A stretch of DNA of 41,786 nucleotides from Octopus bimaculoides (lineage: Eukaryota): positions 55,008,597 to 55,050,382 of the forward strand of contig NC_068999.1 in NCBI RefSeq assembly GCF_001194135.2, given 5' to 3'. This document shows, one piece after another, positions 34,140 to 41,786 of this stretch. The position numbers and the translations under genes are program-made. A model generated the notes under the pieces. That model ran no database searches, was not told the DNA's origin, and worked only from the letters and a program-made list of their open reading frames with translations. Positions within the stretch are counted from its first letter, which is position 1. Each line of letters opens with the position of its first letter.

Positions 34140-35319
34140 TTCAGTAGTTTTATTTTTATAATGTGCTTTCACTTCACTACCGAGCACAGCTCTGTGTGCC
34201 TTGGGTATGTGCTGTGGTTTGCTGTGGTGCTCTTATGGTTACTGTATCGAAAGTGTTTTGCGTAGGATGTGTGCAGTGCCCAGTAGTGCAATTTTCTGTA
34301 TGTTATATATATATTTGTAAGTCCTGGTGTTTTTGTTATGTGTTTGTCTGAATATTTTTTTATTATACCTAAGGCACCTACTATGATAGGAATTGTTTCT
34401 GTTTTTAGATTCCACATTCNNNNNNNNNNNNNNNNNNNNNNNNNNNNNNNNNNNNNNNNNNNNNNNNNNNNNNNNNNNNNNNNNNNNNNNNNNNNNNNNN
34501 NNNNNNNNNNNNNNNNNNNNNNNNNNNNNNNNNNNNNNNNNNNNNNNNNNNNNNNNNNNNNNNNNNNNNNNNNNNNNNNNNNNNNNNNNNNNNNNNNNNN
34601 NNNNNNNNNNNNNNNNNNNNNNNNNNNNNNNNNNNNNNNNNNNNNNNNNNNNNNNNNNNNNNNNNNNNNNNNNNNNNNNNNNNNNNNNNNNNNNNNNNNN
34701 NNNNNNNNNNNNNNNNNNNNNNNNNNNNNNNNNNNNNNNNNNNNNNNNNNNNNNNNNNNNNNNNNNNNNNNNNNNNNNNNNNNNNNNNNNNNNNNNNNNN
34801 NNNNNNNNNNNNNNNNNNNNNNNNNNNNNNNNNNNNNNNNNNNNNNNNNNNNNNNNNNNNNNNNNNNNNNNNNNNNNNNNNNNNNNNNNNNNNNNNNNNN
34901 NNNNNNNNNNNNNNNNNNNNNNNNNNNNNNNNNNNNNNNNNNNNNNNNNNNNNNNNNNNNNNNNNNNNNNNNNNNNNNNNNNNNNNNNNNNNNNNNNNNN
35001 NNNNNNNNNNNNNNNNNNNNNNNNNNNNNNNNNNNNNNNNNNNNNNNNNNNNNNNNNNNNNNNNNNNNNNNNNNNNNNTCTCTTCTTCTTCTTCGTATTT
35101 GTTAGGTAGTATGATTTCTTGTTTGTATTTGTCAGCTTCCTTAAATACTGAAAACAGTTTTTTGTTTTGCTCGTGTTTTGTGGCTATTTGTATTAGTTTT
35201 CCTTGTTTCTAGAGTAGGTATTTTAGCAGTCCTATGGTGGTTATTTTATAATAGTTTTCCAGCTGTATAAGACCCCTGCCACCTTCTGTGCGTTGTATAT
35301 ATAGCCTTTCTATGTCAGA

Positions 35320-35320
<1 letters not shown>
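34140..35320 (-). mobile_element. 5'-truncated R4/Dong-like RLE LINE inserted in (TAA)n
   Basis: 5' part encodes SDIERLYIQRTEGGRGLIQLE. 3' part encodes MWNLKTETIPIIVGALGIIKK...IQKIALLGTAHILRKTLSIQ*. (TAA)n flanks both sides and the middle is an N gap. Confidence 0.75.
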
Positions 35321-35367
<47 letters not shown>

Positions 35368-35384
35368 CATTATTATTATTATTT

Positions 35385-35731
35385 CAAATTTTTGCCACAA
35401 GGGCAGCTTGGGTGGGGTGGAAATAAGTCAATTACATTGACCCCAGTGTTCAACTGGTACTTATTTTATCGACCCCGAACGAATGAAAGGCAAAGTTGAC
35501 TTCAGCAGAATTTGAACTCAGAACATAGTGACAGGCGGAATACCACTAAGCATTTCATCCAGCAGTGTTTCACTCATTGCTACGTTTGAGTACAAATTCC
35601 GGCAAGGCCGACTTTGCCTTCCATCCTTTCAAGGTTGATAAATTAAGTACCAACTACACACACACTGGGGTCGATATAATAAACTGGTTCCCTTCCCCCA
35701 AATTTCAGGCCTTGTGCCTATAGTAGAAAGG

Positions 35732-35790
<59 letters not shown>

Positions 35791-35991
35791 GGCGGTGAGC
35801 TGGCAGAGTCGTTAGCATGCTGAGCAAAATGCTTGGCGGCATTTTACCTGTCTTCATGTTCTGAGTTCAAACCCCGCCAAGGTCAACTTTGCCTTTCATC
35901 CTTTCAGGCTCAATAAATTAAGTGCCAATGAAACCCTGGGGTCGATGTAATTGACTAGTCTCTTCCCACCAAATTTCAGGCCTATAGTAGA

Positions 35992-36000
<9 letters not shown>
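35385..36000. mobile_element. Cluster of three Meta-domain-like SINE copies (-, +, +) with (TAT)n tails
   Basis: Copies at about 35385-35562 (-), 35575-35730 (+) and 35790-36000 (+) share gactttgcctt-catcctttc...gtcgat. Confidence 0.8.
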
Positions 36001-36069
<69 letters not shown>

Positions 36070-36086
36070 CATCATTNNNNNNNNNN

Positions 36087-36147
<61 letters not shown>

Positions 36148-36869
36148 CATCATTATCATTATCATTATCATTATCATTATCATATGGTAATGGATCAGCA
36201 GAATTACTAGTGTCAGACAAAATGTTCTGCAATATTTCTTCTGATTCTTTACATTCTAATTTCAAATCTCAGTGAGGTCAACTTTGCCTTTCATCCCTCC
36301 TCATCACCAAGCCTATCTCTGTGCCACCTCCATCCCACCAGACCCTCCACACCACCACCACCACCACCACCACCCCAATCATCATCACCATCATGAACAT
36401 TATCATCATTTTGTCAGTTTAGCTGTTGCTGGGGGTAGGAGAGAGAGCTTGTTCAGATTATTCTTTTGATCGTCTAAAGTAGAAAAAGGAAATAATAATA
36501 TTAATAATAATAATAATAGTTGTAATTTCTGTAATTTCTATAATTTGTTTTTTTTTTGTTTTGTTTTCCTTAAATGTTAACTTCCACGTGCCTCTGTTAA
36601 TATTTTCCAGTACAATGATATTTTGTTTTCCATTGGATCGATCGAAACATGTGACACCTCTCATTTGCAGCAATACCTTCTTTGTGCTTTGGCATTTAGA
36701 AAATATAAAGTGCAAAATTAAAGCGACAAAAAACCCCCCAGCTTTTTTGCTTCTTAACCTACAACACACAGAGGAACTTAATTGAAGGCCTGGAGTGGAA
36801 CGAATAAACAAACATGTTTTTGTTAGAATTGTGGAACAAGTGAATCTAAAAACACAATTTAAACTCAAA

Positions 36870-37220
36870 TGACATGATGATCATCGTCGCATCGTCGTCG
36901 TCGCCGTTATCATCATCTTCATCATCATCATCATCATCATTATCATTGTCATCATAATCATCATCGTTATCATCATCAGTCACCATCATCCTCACTATCA
37001 TCACCAACATCATTACCACAATCATCTCCAACATCACCATAGTCATTGTCATCATCAACATCATCATCATCATTATCATCATTATCACCATTATCATTGT
37101 CATCATCAACATCATTATCATCATCATAATCATCATTGTTATCATCACCATCGTTACCATCACCATGATCATGATCATGATAATCATCATAGCCATCGTC
37201 ATCATCATTATCATCATCAT
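36870..37220. repeat. Degenerate (ATC)n tract
   Basis: Read directly from the sequence. Confidence 0.9.
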
Positions 37221-37386
37221 CGTTATGGAATGGCACTTTAATTTATTAACAGTAGAGAATTGAAAAGAAATGTCGACCTTGCCAGGATCTGAACCCAAGA
37301 TGTAAACGGCCAGAAGAAATACCACAAGGCATTTCATCCAACACTTTGATGATTCTATCATTTTTCCACCCTGCTGCTGCTGCGGC

Positions 37387-37428
<42 letters not shown>

Positions 37429-37429
37429 C

Positions 37430-37680
37430 GACAGCCCTTTCTACTATGGGTACAAGGTCTGAAATTTTGGGGGAGGGTTAGTTGATTACATTGATCCCAG
37501 TGCTCTGAGAGAGGGGTTAATCAATTACATTTATCCAAATGCTCAACTGGCACTTACTTTATCGATTCCAAAAGGATGAAAGGCAAAGTTATCCTCAGCA
37601 GAATTTGAACTCAAACATAAAGAGGGACAAAATGCCACTTAGGAGTTTGCCCAGCATGCTAACAATTCTGCCAGCTCACC
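37430..37680 (-). mobile_element. Meta-domain-like SINE copy
   Basis: Contains aaaggatgaaaggcaaagtt...gaatttgaactca and is preceded by a (GAT)n tail. Confidence 0.7.
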
Positions 37681-38686
37681 TAGGGACCTGCAAAAAGAGT
37701 TTGAACAATGCACCCATGTACACACACGCCACCCCTATAAGGCAGATACCTCACAAAATAAACTGTCTCCTACCACCCCCAGCACACACCCTTTTACCCA
37801 AATTGTCCCCCCACATATACACAGACCTCACACACACATATTACACACTGCAGGCTAACATAGCCCGCCCCCAACTTTATCCTTTACAGAAAGAAAACAG
37901 ACCAACAAACACAGCTATATATACTTACACCCTTGGAAAAAAAAAATATACATATAACACCACTACACATACCACACCCCCATANNNNNNNNNNNNNNNN
38001 NNNNNNNNNNNNNNNNNNNNNNNNNNNNNNNNNNNNNNNNNNNNNNNNNNNNNNNNNNNNNNNNNNNNNNNNNNNNNNNNNNNNNNNNNNNNNNNNNNNN
38101 NNNNNNNNNNNNNNNNNNNNNNNNNNNNNNNNNNNNNNNNNNNNNNNNNNNNNNNNNNNNNNNNNNNNNNNNNNNNNNNNNNNNNNNNNNNNNNNNNNNN
38201 NNNNNNNNNNNNNNNNNNNNNNNNNNNNNNNNNNNNNNNNNNNNNNNNNNNNNNNNNNCCATACCACACCCCCATACCACACCCCCATACCACACCCCCA
38301 TATCACACTTCCCATCTCCACAGGGGCACCACATTAATAATACACATTTTTTCCACTTAAAGATAACAGCATACCCAACAAAAGGACATAACTCCTAACC
38401 TAATCCCCAGACCCTTTTTCATTTCACCACCTTTTTCACAGCAGATGCTGACCAGTTGTGTTAATCCACATCTGACAATAGGGAGCAGTCATCATATTCC
38501 CTTCCATATCAGTAACTCTGATGAGCATAAAGTTATATAACCGGATTGTTATTTAACACTCCATTGCATTGGAGATCAGCCATGATGAATATCTAATACT
38601 ATACATTTCAGATAATATACCCACTCTACTGACAGATATACGAGTGCACTTTTTCCCTGACTTATGGTCTCAGACAACTCATGCAC

Positions 38687-38689
<3 letters not shown>

Positions 38690-38765
<76 letters not shown>
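38690..38765. repeat. (AT)n microsatellite
   Basis: Read directly from the sequence. Confidence 0.95.
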
Positions 38766-38770
<5 letters not shown>

Positions 38771-39359
38771 GAATGAAATGCATCTACCTTCCTCCCCCGC
38801 CCACATTTCACCCCCTAACACCCATCACCGCCTCTATCTCCTAAAAGTACAATAATCATACTATAACCACCCCCTGGCTTTCTCAGTTACCTTTAGCCCC
38901 CCACCCACCTACTGTCTCCAAGAATCACTTCCTTCCTGCACCTTCTCCCCCCTCTCTGTGCTACTCTTTATCACCAGCCTCTTGCTTACCTGCTATCACC
39001 CTCAATGCCCTCACATATCTGCTGCAACTTCTGCTTCTCAGTCTCTCCTATATTTCTCTCCATCATTTGCTAGGGTCACCTCATCCTGCCCACTCATCCC
39101 ACCCAAGCCTCTATATCACCTCACCTATTTTCACCATCCCCAATGCCCCTCGAGGGCATGACCTGACACATTCCTGCCACCATCTCTCTCACTGTCACTC
39201 CCTTTATCTTACTCTCCAACTAACTTTCCTTTGTTTTCCAACTGGGGTATCCATGTATCTACCCTATACCAAGACACCTATACCTGTCTCCTCTATACCT
39301 TAAATCTTTCAACTGACACAAAGCCACATCCCCTCAATACTACTCCCCCCACCCTCTCA

Positions 39360-39627
39360 GTTGAGCAGTTCTTGTCTTGCACGGTACTTGGTGATCTTGT
39401 TGGTGCCTGTGTCACATAAAAAGCACTGGTGATAGTACCACGTAAAATGCTTTGGTGATGGTTCCATATAGAAAACACAGTGGTGCTGGTGCTGCTTAAA
39501 AAGCACCCAGTACACCCTGTAAAGTGGTTGGCATTAGGAAGGGCATCCAGCTGTAGAAACCGTACCAAAACACCCAACTCATGCCAGCATGGACAACAGA
39601 CATTAAAGAATGACAATGATGATGATG
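39360..39627 (+). mobile_element. RTE 3' end copy
   Basis: Contains gtggttggcattaggaagggcatccagctgtagaaacc...catgccagcatgg and a (TGA)n end. Confidence 0.65.
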
Positions 39628-39734
39628 TATAATGTTACTCTTCATAAAAGTGAGAGTAAGTCACCCCTTCTGTCCGTAGACAGGGTTGGCACATTGGGAA
39701 AGTGATAGCAACTCCCAAGCCCCATGCTTTAGCA

Positions 39735-40055
39735 ATGCCTTGAAGGGTTTCAGTCAAACAAATCTACCCCAGAACTTATTCTTTAAGCCTAGTACTTATT
39801 CTATCAGCCTCTTTTTGGCAAACTGCTAAGTTATGGGGATATAAACACACCAACACTAGTTGTCAAGCAGTGATGAGGACCAAACACAGATACAAAGACA
39901 CACATAGATATATACAGTTTCCATCTTGCAAATCAACTCATGAGGCTTTGATTGCCCTGAGGCTATAGTAGAAGACACTTGCCCAAGGTGCAATGCAGTG
40001 GAACTGAAGTTGGAATCATGTGGTTGGGAAGCAAGCTTCTTATCACACAGCCACT
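39735..40055 (-). mobile_element. Microsatellite-containing SINE copy
   Basis: Reverse-complement match to 16745-17135. Confidence 0.7.
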
Positions 40056-41591
40056 ATATAAGAGTGTTGTAGCTTGCTTGAAGCATTGTAGTATAAGAAT
40101 TGAATAATAAATGAAATGAGGAAAGCTTCTAACAATGCAGAGATGAAGGTTGAAAAACCTTTACATTTTTCAGGCAGAATGGCTTATCTTCAGAAGAAAT
40201 GTGTCTACGTAGATCCTACCATTTGGATAGCAGATGTTGTCCAAGGGGAAGGCAAAGGCCAATACCGACTGGGACCAGCTATGATGCAACTCATTTCTAC
40301 AGCTGACTGAACTGGGCGACTTGTAATAAAGAGTCTTGCTCTCTCCNNNNNNNNNNNNNNNNNNNNNNNNNNNNNNNNNNNNNNNNNNNNNNNNNNNNNN
40401 NNNNNNNNNNNNNNNNNNNNNNNNNNNNNNNNNNNNNNNNNNNNNNNNNNNNNNNNNNNNNNNNNNNNNNNNNNNNNNNNNNNNNNNNNNNNNNNNNNNN
40501 NNNNNNNNNNNNNNNNNNNNNNNNNNNNNNNNNNNNNNNNNNNNNNNNNNNNNNNNNNNNNNNNNNNNNNNNNNNNNNNNNNNNNNNNNNNNNNNNNNNN
40601 NNNNNNNNNNNNNNNNNNNNNNNNNNNNNNNNNNNNNNNNNNNNNNNNNNNNNNNNNNNNNNNNNNNNNNNNNNNNNNNNNNNNNNNNNNNNNNNNNNNN
40701 NNNNNNNNNNNNNNNNNNNNNNNNNNNNNNNNNNNNNNNNNNNNNNNNNNNNNNNNNNNNNNNNNNNNNNNNNNNNNNNNNNNNNNNNNNNNNNNNNNNN
40801 NNNNNNNNNNNNNNNNNNNNNNNNNNNNNNNNNNNNNNNNNNNNNNNNNNNNNNNNNNNNNNNNNNNNTGTACTGATGAATGACTGTGTCATCACCCCAC
40901 ACTAACATATAGATCTATATATATCAATATAGCGATCATATGACTATGTTGGTGGTGATAGTGGTTGTAGTTGTGGCGTTGTCGTTGGCTGTTGCAGCTC
41001 AGGCGATGAAGGTTGATAAAGGTAATACTACAAAAACACTGCCACTACTAAAATCACTAACACCACCACCACCACCACCACCACCACCACCGTTACCATT
41101 ACTAATACCATCTCCGACACTCCATTGCCCTTATTCTGCAGTTTAGCGCAGATGCTGAATGATGCAGTTTTATGCAGAATTGCACAGCTCTACATGCTTC
41201 TGAAGATTGAGAAATACCAGAGAGAAAATGTGTTGTCTTGGAGAATTCTTCCGCCAATAGCAATGGCAGATAAAGTGAGAGAGAGACAGGGGGAGGTAGA
41301 GAAGAGAGAGAAACAGAGAGAGGGTGATTGTGATATTTACTGGTAGAGAGAACATAGGAACTGTAATAACAGCAGCTGTCATAATAGGTGTGGTGACCTT
41401 AACTGTAGCAACAACAACAGCAGCAATACCAACAACATGTGTCATAACAACAACAGGCTGCACCACACATATCCATGCACATGTACACATACATACATAC
41501 ATGCTTGCATGCATGTACACACACACACACATACACACGCATATATATATGCATATATCTGCATATCTTTCTATCTTTTTGTGTGTATGTT

Positions 41592-41632
<41 letters not shown>

Positions 41633-41668
41633 TTGTGTATATGTATATATCTCTGTGTGTGTGTGTGT

Positions 41669-41713
<45 letters not shown>

Positions 41714-41715
41714 AA

Positions 41716-41755
<40 letters not shown>

Positions 41756-41786
41756 TATACGTATACATATATGTACATATTACATC

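Noticed and set aside
38518-38560. CTGATGAG hammerhead half-core
   Set aside because: No GAAA or compatible stems follow.
40150-40200. Minus-strand CTGAAGA...GAAA arrangement
   Set aside because: No stem II pairing and a marginal stem I; it lies within a SINE-like repeat and is consistent with chance.

Overview
AT-rich, microsatellite-dense eukaryotic DNA from a gapped draft assembly with many N runs. The repeat landscape looks like an octopus (coleoid cephalopod) intron or intergenic region; the taxon is inferred, not shown. I found no intact host protein-coding gene, and nearly all ORF-track entries come from microsatellites, N gaps or decayed transposons. Transposon content: a decayed near-full-length RTE LINE (about 22345-25102) plus truncated RTE copies; a Tc1-like element with DD37E spacing and ~200-bp TIRs (5382-6765); a deleted mariner (20864-21662); mariner, hAT and piggyBac-like MITEs; RLE-clade LINE remnants, including an R4/Dong-like copy inside a (TAA)n tract; and several tRNA-derived SINE families. 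The standout is a structurally complete, extended type I hammerhead ribozyme on the minus strand (core 20563-20610, extended fold 20536-20638). At least three other hammerhead-like motif types occur in damaged form, and three long palindromes could form dsRNA. Weak splice-signal candidates lie near 9127 (-), 7710 (-) and 18111-18150 (+). All calls were made by eye; no folding software or database searches were run.
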